Shown here: positions 14,149-27,411 of the stretch, in pieces
How positions within the stretch are numbered: the stretch's first letter is position 1
Layout: each line of letters opens with the position of its first letter
Origin: Eledone cirrhosa
Taxonomy: Eukaryota
Direction of reading: 5' to 3'
NCBI GenBank assembly: GCA_964016885.1
Contig: OZ024743.1
Location: forward strand, 42,842,001-42,906,000
Length of the DNA: 64,000 nt
Notes under the pieces: model-generated
What the model saw: the letters and a program-made list of their open reading frames with translations, nothing else
The model's database searches: none
What the model was told of the DNA's origin: nothing
Position numbers and translations under genes: made by a program

Positions 14149-14296
14149 AATAAACGAAGCTAAATTTTAAACATTTGACTTATTTATTTTATTTTATTTT
14201 ACACTACTCCGGAGTAACCAAACCAACCTGCGCACTTCGTCGAGTGCTCCAATCTGCATACTGAGGTGTTGGTATACAACCAACATATACTCAAAA

Positions 14297-14438
<142 letters not shown>

Positions 14439-14949
14439 GTGTTAGCGTATAAAGCAGTATGCTATTTGAATGTTACATCAATGCAAAATGGACTGTAGAT
14501 TTCGGAATAATGTGAACGCAAGAAAGATGTTGGAGTGTCACCTGGTATTTTATCTGATTGTTTTAATTTTTGATAGTAAAAACCATTCTTAAAATGAAAA
14601 TAGTAAGAAACAAAATCGTTTATGCTATTGTTTGTCTTCCCATGTTTTAAGCCTCAATCTATTAATAGCTGCCAAAAGATGTGGGAGAATAACGCCGCCT
14701 GTTGATTGACGTGTGTAATGTTGTGTGCGATTTCCTGTCAAATGATGTGTGTTTTTGTTTATGTCTTTATGCCCATTTTCCTTTCAATACAAATGTTATG
14801 TCTTACTGCAATAGAGTGAATTAAATTATGTTTGGGCTTGTGTATGCGTGCATGTATAAGTCGAATATTGAGTGTTTGGTTGTAAATGTCTATCAGGGAT
14901 GGTTGTTATGCTTATGTGTGTTATGGCAGAAGTTACGTGTGTGTGATTT

Positions 14950-15240
14950 TAAGTTAAATATTGCGTGCTGATTCCTAATCTTTTGTTGAATTGTGGGGTT
15001 AGCCGAGCAATTAGTATTATTTCGTTGAATCTAAGTTTGCTTAAATGCCTTGCGCTGACGCCAATATATTTAATTAAGTCTTTGCTGTTTTTGCAATCCA
15101 CTCTCTGGATGGGTATTGAGATGTTCCTTAATGTGTGTATCAATAGGTCTAATAATACTACCTATGCAAAATGTCTGTATTTGTCGCATTGTATACGGAC
15201 GTCAGGTATATCTTATGTGTCTCTTCACAGGAGGAAATGA
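14950..15240 (-). pseudogene. Degenerate PLE GIY-YIG endonuclease relic
   Basis: With frameshifts: IQCDKY..CIGSIIRPIDTHIKEHLNTH..LRFNEIILIARLTPQFNKR; lies between (TA)n tracts. Confidence 0.55.
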
Positions 15241-15770
15241 AGATAAGAATATAATCTATGTGTCTAGTAAAGAAGGCACATGTGTAGCATGTGTTGACCA
15301 CGTGACGTTCCAGCTGGTTCATATACTATATATATATATATTTGACATAGAAAGGCTTCTACAGCACTAGAATTGTTTATTCCATGAGAAATTATCAGTA
15401 AGCCCTCTCCCGAATGAAACAGTCCTAGTCCTGTAAAAACCTTTCAGTATTAAATATTTATACTCTGTTTGTATTGAGTATCTTACTTACTGTGGCTACC
15501 GCCGATTGAACCCGGGATAATCTTACACCCCCACACACATATATATATATATGTATATATATATTAGGGAATTTGTCGAGTTCGCTCGTGCATTAAGACA
15601 AGTGACGTATTATTTGTGGTGCCTACAACATGAGATCATTATCTCAGATTGGAAACTCATTAGACATGGAACGGAAGACCCACGATACATCTGGATAGGT
15701 TTAACTGTGCAAACGGAATAAAGAAAATTCAAAATCCAGCTGGCATGTTGTATATTTAATTTTATTATAT

Positions 15771-16356
15771 ACTGGCAGTGTTACCCTGCGTTGCACGGGA
15801 TAACGTATTGTGAAATATATAACCACCTTAGCTAAGCTTAGTATTGCGACAACCACGGCTGGCAAAGAAGTAAGGGTCTGGTGGTACGTAAGTAAGCAAC
15901 ACTGTGGCTTAAAACGTGAGGAAGGAGTTGTGTGGACTTACCAACTGTTTGGGGAATGAGTGTGAGATTTGTCTTGAGCAAGGGTGGCAGAATAACCGGA
16001 GGGAGCAGACAGCTAGACAGCTAGACATATATTATAAGGGCACGTTCTGGACGCAGAGCGAATTGTAGAAAGTGACGTAATGCAGACAGCTAGACATACA
16101 GACAGATATTATAAGGGTGCGACGTTATATGTATGTATCTATCTAAAAAGAGAAATACTAAGCATTATAGAGAGATATTGCTAAATCGCCTAATGCGGTA
16201 TCTAGGGCATTGACAATTTGAAATTTCTTTTTCTCAGAACACTCCCTGAAACATAAGTATTACATGTTTGAAAACAGTCGGTTGGGTGCTTCTCTAGTTT
16301 TAGGGATTCAAACTCACACACACACAGATAGACATCCTCATTTTTATATATATAGA
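15771..16356 (-). mobile_element. Non-autonomous Helitron-like element
   Basis: Minus strand begins TCTATATATATAAAAATGAGG..tgtctatctgtgtg and ends with hairpin cccgtgcaacgcaggg then ctgccagt (CTAG variant). Confidence 0.7.
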
Positions 16357-17769
16357 ATCCTGAGAATATATGACAGTCACTCGATCCCAATGTGTTCGTG
16401 CTTAATGCAGTTTTCAATCTGTGCGTTTATATCTGCAAATGTGTGTGTTTGTGTTTGTGTGTGTGTATGTTTTCGTGTGTGTTTATTTGCATATAGAGTT
16501 TGACTTAGATTCGCATTACATACAGTTTTACTGGGGTGAGATTGTAGCATTTTTCCTAAGGTAGAATTACTAGAGCTTTCCTCAGCAGCTATTATGGAGA
16601 GAGTAAAGGCCTGTGATGAAGTCATCATGGTTCCTGTCTGTTGCTCCTAAGGAAGATATCTCGATTGCGCCCGTGAGTTTTGTATTGGGCATGGGACTTT
16701 ATTTTGCGTTTCTCCACTCCATTCTCCTGAAAAAAATGAACAGTACCTATTATCTAAATGGCAATTTATGTCAAATTATCTGTCACATTCATTTACCCTG
16801 AAACTTTTTTTTATGAGTACATATGTCTCTGGTATGCCGAGTCACTTGCACGTTAAATTCACGAGAAAGCAGTTCAGTTGTTCGAAGAAATGGGACACCC
16901 GACATAGGAATTAACGCAGTTCCAATAGACACACTCATATTAGTGAATGTAAGGGTAAAGTTCTATAACATTAAGATGGATCACGTTTGAAAGGAAATCT
17001 TGCAATAAAAAATAAAGGTTATTCATTTCATTTTGTGAAACAATAAGGTATAATGTTTATTAGAAGGTCTTGCTTATTTGACTTTCAGTCTTGTGGTGTA
17101 TGTATATATGTTTATAGTGTACCAAATTGTAAATTATTACCGAAAATGATTCACATTACTATACAAACAGTGATACTGGCATTACGAATGTTTTCTCGTG
17201 TAAGTGCGTATGTATAATGTACATATATTCGATAATTGTAAGTTATAATATAATAAACCACATAACTGTAACATATTGATTTTACTTAGTTTAGTTAGAG
17301 GGGGAAGGCAACGGACATAACACTTTCTAGTCAAAGAAAACTCTTCCTATATAATACTTATAATCAGAGAGAGAATGCTATCCCTGAACTGATAAAAATG
17401 ACCTAATGATATTATTAAAGTATATTTCACTGAACAAATATCACAAGCAAACTTATATTGTTAAACCGTTGCTGCTCGAGGGTAGGCACTTCATGATTAC
17501 AATTTCAATTATTCCATCATAACAACAACGACATCCTCATAGATGTCGCTCTCAATGAGAGCGTGACTTTGCTGCAACTAACTTCCCTACTTGACAACAA
17601 TTGAAACCGTTATACGGGAGGGAGGCCAAACACGGCTGATGTGATTAAGTAATTACCTAAAATAATTTCTCTAGCTGAAAGAACGATCGACTTTCGTCGA
17701 ATTGGACGGAGGAAACAATGTTTACATTGGTCTTTCCAATTGCTAATACTATCTATTGCTCGCAACTCA

Positions 17770-17893
17770 GAGTAGAAGAAGCAACGAGAAATAAAGTGTT
17801 TTGCTCAAGGACATAACGCATCGCTCGGTCCGGGAATCGAACTCACAGCCTCACGATTGCGATTCCAATTCTCTAACCACTCAGCGACACGCA
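17770..17893 (-). mobile_element. tRNA-derived SINE relic with CORE-like segment
   Basis: Minus strand: agtggttagag (A box), gagttcgattccc (B box), gtccttgagcaa (CORE-like). Confidence 0.65.
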
Positions 17894-18200
17894 TTCACAA
17901 GCTGAGACTTGGTGAATTCACCCTCAGATCCAGGTTCTGTTACTGACATCCAATTCATTACGAGCAAATCAAGTACAGGATGCTCAATAGATTTTTCCTC
18001 GCACAGATAGTATTGGAATCATCTACTGTTTTGTTTCTCTCAAGTACTTCTCAAGTCACTTCAATCGGGACGGACATGACCCAGTCCGCCCCAACTATAA
18101 ACACTAACAATGGAATTGATATATCTCTCCTGAATCCGATGAAAATATATATGCATCTATATATAGATAGATGAGTGAATACACACACACACACACACAT

Positions 18201-18234
<34 letters not shown>

Positions 18235-18511
18235 GTATATATGTATATATATTGTTATACTTTGGGATGGTCATGTTGGCAATAAGAAACACGCACCAGT
18301 TGCTTTCACTCCAATTTATTATAAATAAAATTTATAAATTTAAGAATTTATGAATTTCCGGTTGGTTGGTTGGTTCCACAAGCGGACGGTTGTTCATATA
18401 TTGTCAAAGTTCTTTCGTCACACGTTCTGTGACCTCTTCAGTGACTGGTGATTCTTCTCTATGTGTTGTGTCTCTCCTTATATATATATGTGTGTGTGTG
18501 TGTATGTATGT

Positions 18512-18550
<39 letters not shown>

Positions 18551-18933
18551 CGTGTGTGGGTGTGTGTGTGTATGTGTGTGTGTGAGGTATTCCGAAGGAA
18601 AAGCAAAAGAAAAAAGAGTGCTCTCTCTATAGAACAGAGGTATTTAATCTCATTTCTTATCTATTATCCATAACATGTCTGTCTAATGAACGATCCAGAC
18701 GTATATTAATATTGTCTGCGATCCAGAAACCTTTGGCTATGGAGTACTTATATTTTGTGTTGTTCACTTTCTAATTATATATATATATGAAAGAAAATAT
18801 TTGCTCTTCATGGTTGAATACTATAAATGTAACTGAGTTTTTCGAATATTAATATGCTTTCTTTATTAACCACAAGGGTTTACATAAAGTAGACATTAAG
18901 GACAGTACCGGACAATTTTCGAATATTGATAAT

Positions 18934-19118
18934 TGTTTCTACTTTAGGCACAAGGCCAGCAATTACCCAGTGCATTACTGGTACTTTATTTTAACGACCC
19001 CGTAAGGATGAAAGGCAAAGTCAACCTCGGCGGGATTTGAACTCAGACCGTAAAGGGACGTAACTATACCGGAAAGCATGGCGTCCAACCCTCCACCGAT
19101 ACTGCCAATCCACCGCCC
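18934..19118 (-). mobile_element. tRNA-SINE (octopod-type) with about 18-bp TSD
   Basis: Minus strand: ggcggtgg..tggcagtatcgg..gagttcaaatcccgccgaggttgactttgcctttcatcc..aaagtaccagt; TSD ttttcgaatatt(g/a)ataat. Confidence 0.85.
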
Positions 19119-19473
19119 TTTTCGAATATTAATAATAACATTCGATTTGTTTGCAATTATGCAAACAAGCCTCAATTTTATAGCCATTCTTGCTCTTCTG
19201 TTGGCATGTGGACAGACCTGCAGACACTAATTTTTCTGGGTATCACCCTTCATCAGTACAGTTCACTGTTCACATGCCAAACTGTCAAAGCTAGTGAAAA
19301 TATATGCTATTTTCAAAAATACACAGTGACTGATCGGCCTGATTTGCATATTAGCAGATGGCTGATCAGTCAGATCTGTATATTAGCAGATCCACTGATC
19401 AGCCAGATTTGCATATCAGCAGACTGGCCAGTCAGTTTCCTGTATACGAACAATAAATGGCCGGCTTTGCCAA

Positions 19474-19855
19474 ATAAAAAATAAAAAATAAAAAATAAAA
19501 AATAAAAAATAAAAAATAAAAAATAAAAAATAAAAAATAAAAAATAAAAAATAAAAAATAAAAAATAAAAAATAAAAAAATAAAAAATAAAAAATAAAAA
19601 ATAAAAAATAAAAAATAAAAAATAAAAAATAAAAAATAAAAAATAAAAAATAAAAAATAAAAAATAAAAAATAAAAAATAAAAAATAAAAAATAAAAAAT
19701 AAAAAATAAAAAATAAAAAATAAAAAATAAAAAATAAAAAATAAAAAATAAAAAATAAAAAATAAAAAATAAAAAATAAAAAATAAAAAATAAAAAATAA
19801 AAAATAAAAAATAAAAAATAAAAAATAAATAAAAAATAAAAAATAAAAAATAAAA
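19474..19855. repeat. Heptamer tandem array (TAAAAAA)n, about 380 bp
   Basis: Seen directly; explains the spurious FFIFYFL ORF. Confidence 0.95.
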
Positions 19856-20343
19856 TGTTCGCTCTACATGGCCGAATACAATAAATGTAATGTGAGTTTT
19901 TCGAATATTAATTATAACATTCGATACGTTTACAATTATGCAAACAAGCCTCAATTTTAAAGCCATGTAAGTAGAATGAACTCTTCATTCTTGTTCTTGT
20001 GTTGACATGTGAACAGTCACTGTGAAAAGTCTGCTAATATGTAAATCAGCCCGATCAGTCACTGTGTATTTTTGAAAATAGCATTTTTTTTTCACTAGCT
20101 CTGACAGTTTGGCAGGTGAACAGTGAGCTGTACTGATGAAGGGTGATACCCAGAAACATTAGTGTCTGCAGTTCTGTTCACACGCCATCACAAGAACAAG
20201 AATGAAGGGTTCATTCTGCTGACATGGGTATAAAATTAAGGCTTGTTTGCATAATTGCAAACGAATCGAATGTTATTATTAATTTTCGAAAAACTCAGAT
20301 CATATTTATATATATATGTGTGTGTGTGTGCGTATATATATAT

Positions 20344-20393
<50 letters not shown>

Positions 20394-20399
<6 letters not shown>

Positions 20400-21177
20400 T
20401 AAAACATGTCTATAGAATCACCAGATAAAATATATAACATTTCCTCTCCCAATTAGCATAATTAACCATATAAAAAATCGAATAGACCAAGCAATAAGAA
20501 TAAGGCTTCTAAGAAATCTCCAACAAATAACCGAAACCAGCCCTTTGCGCCGGCTGCGACGGAATATTTATCCAATATTTCGACAGCGTAATATATATAT
20601 GTAAACCTTTATAGGTAATAATCTCCCGTTAGGTTGGGATACAAATTTGGCTGTCCTGTGTTGCGCTTTCTAGCAAAAAGCCATCAGCCGTAAGCAACTA
20701 ACCACATTCCTTCTAACCTGACCGCTGCTACGTCACGATTCTTAGCCCTTTTTGAATGTATTCTTGGCGCGATCACTTTGGAAAATTTATTGTCTAAATT
20801 TGAGCTAACTTCCTGAAGAGTCTGGTGCTCAAGGTTCCGAAGCTATCGGATATCTTAAAATGCGGACGAAACCATGGTCGAGGTAAGTAAATGTGTTCAC
20901 TTTTCTCCTAGTTTATTTTACACCTAATTCTGTTTAATTGACTGTATATCTGGGCGAAGGGCTGGTTTCGGTTATTTGTAGGAGATTTCTTCATAGAAGC
21001 CTTATTCTTATAGCTTGGTCTATTCGATTTTTTATATGGTTAATTATGCTAATTCGGAGAGGAAATGGTATATATTTTATCTGGTGATTTTATAGACATG
21101 TTTTATGATATATAGCTCTGATTATTTAGTTTATTAACTTTTCATTGAGCCACAAAGTGACCCGTTGCAAAACACGT
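20394..21177 (+). mobile_element. Fold-back mini-element with about 155-bp inverted arms, HHR in the loop and about 63-nt 3' tail
   Basis: 20394-20551 pairs with 20953-21114; tail 21115-21177; (TA)n on both sides; diverged relative near 57110-57500. Confidence 0.85.
20808..20884 (+). ncRNA. Type I hammerhead ribozyme with extended stem II
   Basis: acttc-CTGAAGA-gtctg..(tccga agcta tcgga)..cggac-GAAA-ccatgg-TC-gaggt. Confidence 0.85.
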
Positions 21178-21197
21178 ATATATATATATATGTAAAC

Positions 21198-21280
<83 letters not shown>

Positions 21281-22071
21281 TATACATATATAAATACATA
21301 TAAATTAATTAGAGTATGGGTTAGTTTATCACCGACACTTTAGTATGAAGTATAGAGCACTCGACTCGACGAAGTACACAGTTGGGTCTGTTTACTTCAG
21401 AGTAATTTTTATAATCATGGAGTACAAATTTATGTGTGTGTGTGTGATTATACATGATCGTAAACATGATTTAGCATTATGGATTGTGAAGGTTTCATTC
21501 AGCATCTATTAAAAGGTTATGTATTTTTCAATCCATATCATATCCCCCTTCTTCTTCCATATTAGCTATCACAATTTCCTTATTTCTGAAGATTTTATTT
21601 ATTTATTTTTATTCTGATACATTTTTCTATAATATTATTTTCTGACGTGTAAGAATAGTTTGTTATTTTCAAATTCTTATATTTCTAGTTTTTTAACATT
21701 TCTGTTTTTTCCTATTCAAACATGTTATTTTCAGATTTTATGTTGTATTTAAGAAGATTTTGTTGCATTTTAAAGAACTTCATGTCGCATTATATGAATA
21801 AACATTTTGTTTTTCCATGTATTTTAAAGTAAAGTGATATGCTATAGGAAACATACAAAGGTCTTTACACCCCTAGGTTCACTTACAAAGACAGACCTCT
21901 GACGAATACCTTAATAACTGCATGTTTAAATGTACGAAGCATAATTTTGAAACTAGTAATGATTGATTTTGAATTAAATATATTTAGTTATACAGAGATA
22001 AAATTGTTCTTTCATTTCCAATAATTACATAGAATATTTACTCATACATATACACACGCACACACACTCTC

Positions 22072-22141
<70 letters not shown>

Positions 22142-23066
22142 ACATGTGCGTGTGTGAGTGTGTAAGCTGCGGCTGTTGCAATATGAATTAATATAAGAAC
22201 TAATAAATTTTCAATTCTTAATTATATGTTCATTTTAGTTTCAAATGCCAACGCGATAAAAGAAATTATTTCAGCATAATAATTGTTTTCCTTGTCACAT
22301 ATTCGTGTTCAGTCCATTTATAAACACATAACAATTATTCCTGTAATATCACAAAGAAAATAGTCATCCGAACAATCGGATCAATACTCAAGAAATTCAG
22401 ATTCCACATTTCTCGAATAGCTGTGAATTTGTCAGTAAAAATAAATGTTAATATGTAATGTACATTTCCAATGATTCTTTATGAAATCGTTTACGTGTTT
22501 AACATTCATATTTCGAAGAAGATAAGAATTAATGTTGTTAACATATAGTCGTGTTCCTCATTGAAATGAAGTGCAACGTTAACCCCCACTCGAAATTATT
22601 CTAATGGTGAATGTATATTAATTGAGATATCAGTCAATTAAGAGCATGATCTAACACGATGTTGCAAGTTAAAGCACTTATAGTAACGTGTATTGACATT
22701 CGCCTTAAATGCTGAGAATATTTAAACCTTCAGAAATATTAGATCGTTTCATATCATATTCTCGTTATTCTCGTGTTGGAAAAAAATTACTAACAGCAAC
22801 AGCAGTTATGAGAATTCTCGATACACAATCTCATAAACATTGCGATTTTCTGAAACACGCACGCACACACACATATACACGCGCACACACACACTCACAC
22901 ACATACACAAATACACACGCACACATACACTCACACACACACGAATACACACACGCACACTCACACACACAAATACACACGCACGCACACTCACACACGC
23001 ACACACATATGTATATAGTGTGTATTCGTGCGTGTGTGCATTGAACAATATATGGATAGATATATA

Positions 23067-23950
23067 CGAGGTGTGTCAGAAAAGTTCCAGGACTGATGTC
23101 AGAAAAGATTTATTTCAAACCCAAATTTCACACTAAGAGTTTTCTCCTTCAAAGTAATCCCCCTGGAGTATGTAACTGTAATCTTAGCTCTCTGCAGCGA
23201 CCAAACTTTTTTCTTCATAATTTTATATACGTCCTCTGTTTGAGGTCGTCAAGCAATGAGCACAGAGCAACGAACAAACTTGAAGTTACCTGGTACATTT
23301 GGGGAAAACTCCGCCAGAAGCAATGGGATTGCTGCAGCAAGTGTATGGAGATGAGACAATGTCACTCTCACGTGATTTTCAGTGGTGCAAGATGACCCCA
23401 GGAGCTGAAGGCCCTCAACAACCAGGACTGAGCTCAACGTTGAGCGCGGCAGGTAGATGGTGCGTAGCAATCGTCGGCTAACTGTTCGACTGATGGCAAA
23501 TGAGCTGGGCATGAATCGGGAGAGCGTCTGGAAGATTCTCACTGCAGATTTGGACATGCGGAAAGTCTGCGCGAAGATGGTGCCAAAACTGCTGAACGAT
23601 GACCAGAAGGGTCGACGCATGCAAGTGTGCCAGGACATCCTCGAGCGTCTTGAAACCTAACCAGACTTGCTAGGGACAGTCATCACCGGTGACGAGGCAT
23701 GGATCTTCGAGTACGACCCGGAGGGGACCCGATTTGAAGACGTGGACGACATCAAAAAGGCCGTGACCACGGAACTGCGGAGGGTCCCGGAAGAATCCAT
23801 CCAGGATTGCATACAAGCGTGGCAGAAAAGGATGGAAAGTGCATTAGACTCCAGGGGGATTACTTTGAAGGAAAAACCCCTTAGTATGAATTTTCGGTTT
23901 GAAATAAATCTTTTGTGACATCAGTCCAGGAACGTTTCTGACACACCTCG
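23067..23950 (+). mobile_element. Internally deleted mariner (Tc1/mariner) transposon
   Basis: About 55-bp TIRs cgaggtgtgtcagaaaagttcc..ttcaaacc / ggtttgaa..gtttctgacacacctcg; TA TSD; transposase pieces GKTPPEAMGLLQQVYG, RRLTVRLMANELG..KVCAKMVPKLL, VITGDEAWIFEYDPE fused to GTRFEDVDDIK (catalytic middle deleted). Confidence 0.95.
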
Positions 23951-24401
23951 TATATATATATAGAGAGAGAGAGAGCAAAAGATATAAAACTAGGAGGAGG
24001 AGTTGAAGAAATTGCGCCAAAGGTACATATGTTATCTAAGACAATATTTCAAGTAGAATTATATTAATCTATTATAATGATTGCATTCTAACTTGTGAGG
24101 AACTATGATACACCTTCACGCATACAGTCATATGTTATAAACAAAAGTGGCAATCGTTCGGTGATTACAAGCTTAACCGAAAGAGCTTCATATAGAAAAT
24201 GAATTAACAAGAGTTAAGATAACATGTGGTTGGTGAACGGAAGTGTATACAGACATGTTTGTAAATGTGAATATTTGAAAATCCAAATAAATTCCATGTT
24301 TCCAATTCCCATTTTTTAAGTCAAAAAATGTAACAGTATTAAGGTTGAGGGTTTGGGAAAGAAAAGAAGGTACACGTGCTCTCTCTCTCTCTCTCTCTCT
24401 C

Positions 24402-24437
<36 letters not shown>

Positions 24438-24558
24438 TAAGAGGAATTCCAACTTTGTCTGATTTACTCGTTTTATTTACAATCCTTTAAAATATATATA
24501 ATATAATATGGTATTATAATGAAATAGTATGATAGAATATTAAATTCTAAGTGTTAAT

Positions 24559-24597
24559 TGAACATGTACTTTCATGCTTTCGCAATCTTCAGGTTCA
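24559..24597 (-). ncRNA. Minimal hammerhead motif in the PLE 3' UTR (cleavage triplet appears mutated)
   Basis: tgaac-CTGAAGA-ttgc gaaa gcat-GAAA-gtac-AT-gttca. Confidence 0.65.
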
Positions 24598-24971
24598 TGA
24601 CATGTGGTGACAGTCGAGTTTGCAATTTTTAACTGTAATGAGATGGGTAAATTTACTACTTTTTATACATTTTATACAGAGAAAAGTGGCTCCGGAATGC
24701 AAAGCCCTGTAAACTGTATTTCGACCAATCAGTGTGTAGTTTCACTGAATTACTACAGCTGATTGGTTTAAGCGTCACGGCTGGTTGAGCATGCTAACGA
24801 CCAATAGTCATACCCAACGTATCAATTGTTTTGCTTTTTGAAATGATGAAAATAGCATTTTCTATTGATCATCACCATCAACATCACTTTTATTATTATT
24901 ATTATTGTTGTTGTTGTTGTTGTTAGTGGTCGTGGTCATAGTGGTAATAGAAGTAATACCCCTAGGCGTTA

Positions 24972-26880
24972 TTATTGTTCATTTAGCTTGGGTTTGAATT
25001 TATCAATAAAATTATTTTCTTTGATTTTTCTCTTGATTTCAATTGGGCTGTGTAATTTGTAGAATGGGAATATTATAAATATTCCCTGACCACATGTTGC
25101 CAGGTGGCCGCTTAGGGGTATCTGACGGACATCTGGGTCTCTGATTTGTTGACGGTGTACCCGTGCACGTTCCGATAGTGCATTTCCAGTTTGACCGACA
25201 TATAGTTCTTCACAATTCGGGCATTTAATGCAGTAAATTAGATTTCTGCTTTTGCAGTTCATATTTGCATTTGGGAATATTTTTCCAGTTTTTGTTTTCA
25301 TATATTGACCGGCGTGTATGGATTGACATGTGCCGCATCGATTATCATTGCATTTAGATACAGTGAATGATTGGTCTTTGTTGTTAAGGTCAAACTTTGC
25401 TTTTGTTAGCAATTGCTTCAAATTTTGTGGCTGTCTTTTACTAAGAGTCAAAGATCGATCTGCGATTAAGCCTTTTAATTCATTACTTTGAGCAATGATC
25501 ATTAGGTTTGCTTTGGCAGTGTTGAATATATTCTGGTGACATGGGTTGTGTGTCATTATAAATGGTATGACCAGTTCTTGGTTTCTTCTTCCTTGGGTTG
25601 TTCTAAGTTGTTGTATAGGTATTTTTATAGCCCGCTGTATTCCATTTTCTATAAGTAGAGATGGGTATTTTTGTTTGAGCAAACATTCTCTTAGTTCTGT
25701 TAGGCGTTTGTACCTGGTATTCGTATCTTCTACAATGGTACAAATTCTTCTGGCTAGGCAGTATGGGATGTTGCGTTTTGTATGAGGTGGATGGCACGAC
25801 TTAAAATTCAGATATTGATGGGTGTCTGTGTGTTTATAATATATATCCGTGGTAATGGTGGTGTCGTTTTTGATTATCATTATATCTAGGAATGGTAATT
25901 TGGTCCTACTCATCTCTTTTGTGAATTGGAGAGATGGGTGTAGGTTATTCAGGAGGGTATTGAACTCATCCAGAGTATCTAGAGATTCTGTCCAGATGAT
26001 GAAACAGTCGTCAAGGTATCTCTTCCAAGATTTTTCAATGTACTATATTTTTCCTCTATTTCTTGGTAGAGTTGTTGTTCTAAGTATCCCATTACAGAGT
26101 TCGCGTAAACGGGAGCAAACTTCGTTCCCATCGCTGTGCCTCTAATTTGGATGTAATTCTTTCCATTGAAGAAGAAAGTGTTGTTTTCCAGAATAAGTTT
26201 AACTGCGTCTAATATAAATGGCGCTGTGAATCTAATGGGAATCACTTCTCTATGTTTTTCCACCCAGTATTTAACCGCCTTTATTCCTAAATCATGTGTA
26301 ATGTTGGTGTAAAGGCTTACCACATCAAAACTGAGTAGAAGTGAATTCGTTTCCGTGGTTTTGGGAAGATGGGACAGGAAGTCGATATCATCCCGGATTA
26401 AACTGGGTATGTGAATACATAGTGGTTTCAAAATAATGTCAACAAAATTTCTTAGACGGTGAGTGGGGCATGTTGGACCAGCTATAATAGGTCTAAGTTT
26501 TAAGTCTTTTGGGTGTAATAATTTAATGTACTCACTGTTTTGTTCTCTTACTGCCAGTTGTATTTCTTTTGACTTGTGAACTTTCGGTAGGCCATACAGG
26601 TTGCTGGGTTTCGGCTCAAAATTGGTGATGTAGTCTCTTTCCTTATCAGTAAATGAGTTGTGGTATTTTGAAGCCAGGTTGTTGATCTTCTTCATGATGT
26701 TGTGGTCTATATTTGACGGTATTTCGTGATAGAATGTTGTGTCTTTCAGTTGTTCCTCAACCAAATCCTTGTAGTATTCAGTATCCATTATAACAACTGC
26801 ACCCCCTTTATCTGCTTGTTTAATTATTATTGTTTTATCATTTTGTATACGTTTAAGTGCAGACATTTCTGATTTGTTAA
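24972..26880 (-). pseudogene. PLE RT-GIY-YIG ORF split by one frameshift near 26040
   Basis: IKQADKGGAVV, YGLPKVHK, LRPIIAG, FDVVSLYTNI, GTAMGTKFAP, WKRYLDDCF (shifted frame), LPFLDI, YYKHTDTHQYL, CNDNRCGTC, LIYCIKCPNCEELYVGQT..R..H. Confidence 0.92.
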
Positions 26881-26974
26881 TGTTTGGCCTAACATATATA
26901 TATATATATATGTATACTTATATATATATATATATATGTATACTTATATATATATATATATATATATATGTATA

Positions 26975-27049
<75 letters not shown>

Positions 27050-27174
27050 TACATATGTTGATGCCCTAATGACAGACACTGGTCTGTTGGAGATGCAGAA
27101 TATGGCAGCGATAATGAGGGACAGAGACCGCTGGAGAGAACTCGTCCATGGATCTCGGGAATTTTACCCGCCTT

Positions 27175-27176
<2 letters not shown>
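27050..27176 (+). mobile_element. 3' terminal fragment of an RTE-clade LINE inside (TA)n
   Basis: YVDALMTDTGL..MRDRDRWRELV is a typical RTE C-terminus. Confidence 0.65.
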
Positions 27177-27230
<54 letters not shown>

Positions 27231-27411
27231 GGGATAACAGATTATTGTTATAGGTAGTCCACTTAGGTGTAGTCCAGTTAGGGTACTCCGAGTAGTGGCT
27301 GGTATCAACGCTTGGCTAAGTTTGACTCAACAAGGCGTTTCCATAGTGATGTTGCGAGTACGCGGTGATTTCTATGTTGTTTAGACAAAAATAGAGGTAA
27401 CAGGACTAGTT

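Larger units (their letters stand above)
18822..20310. mobile_element. Fold-back/MITE-like element with long inverted arms, an internal (TAAAAAA)n array and a nested SINE
   Basis: About 19120-19360 is the reverse complement of about 20035-20290; a direct partial copy lies at 19880-20010; termini tataaatgtaactgagtttttcgaa / ttcgaaaaactcagatcatatttata. Confidence 0.7.
24434..26893 (-). mobile_element. 5'-truncated Penelope-like element (Neptune-type) bounded by (TA)n
   Basis: RT + Zn-finger linker + GIY-YIG, with a 3' UTR carrying an HHR; (TA)n at both ends. Confidence 0.92.

Noticed and set aside
17770-17893. tRNA gene
   Set aside because: A/B boxes run into a SINE body and there is no cloverleaf.
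19370-19966. 198-aa ORF rich in FFIFYFL
   Set aside because: Translation of the (TAAAAAA)n array.
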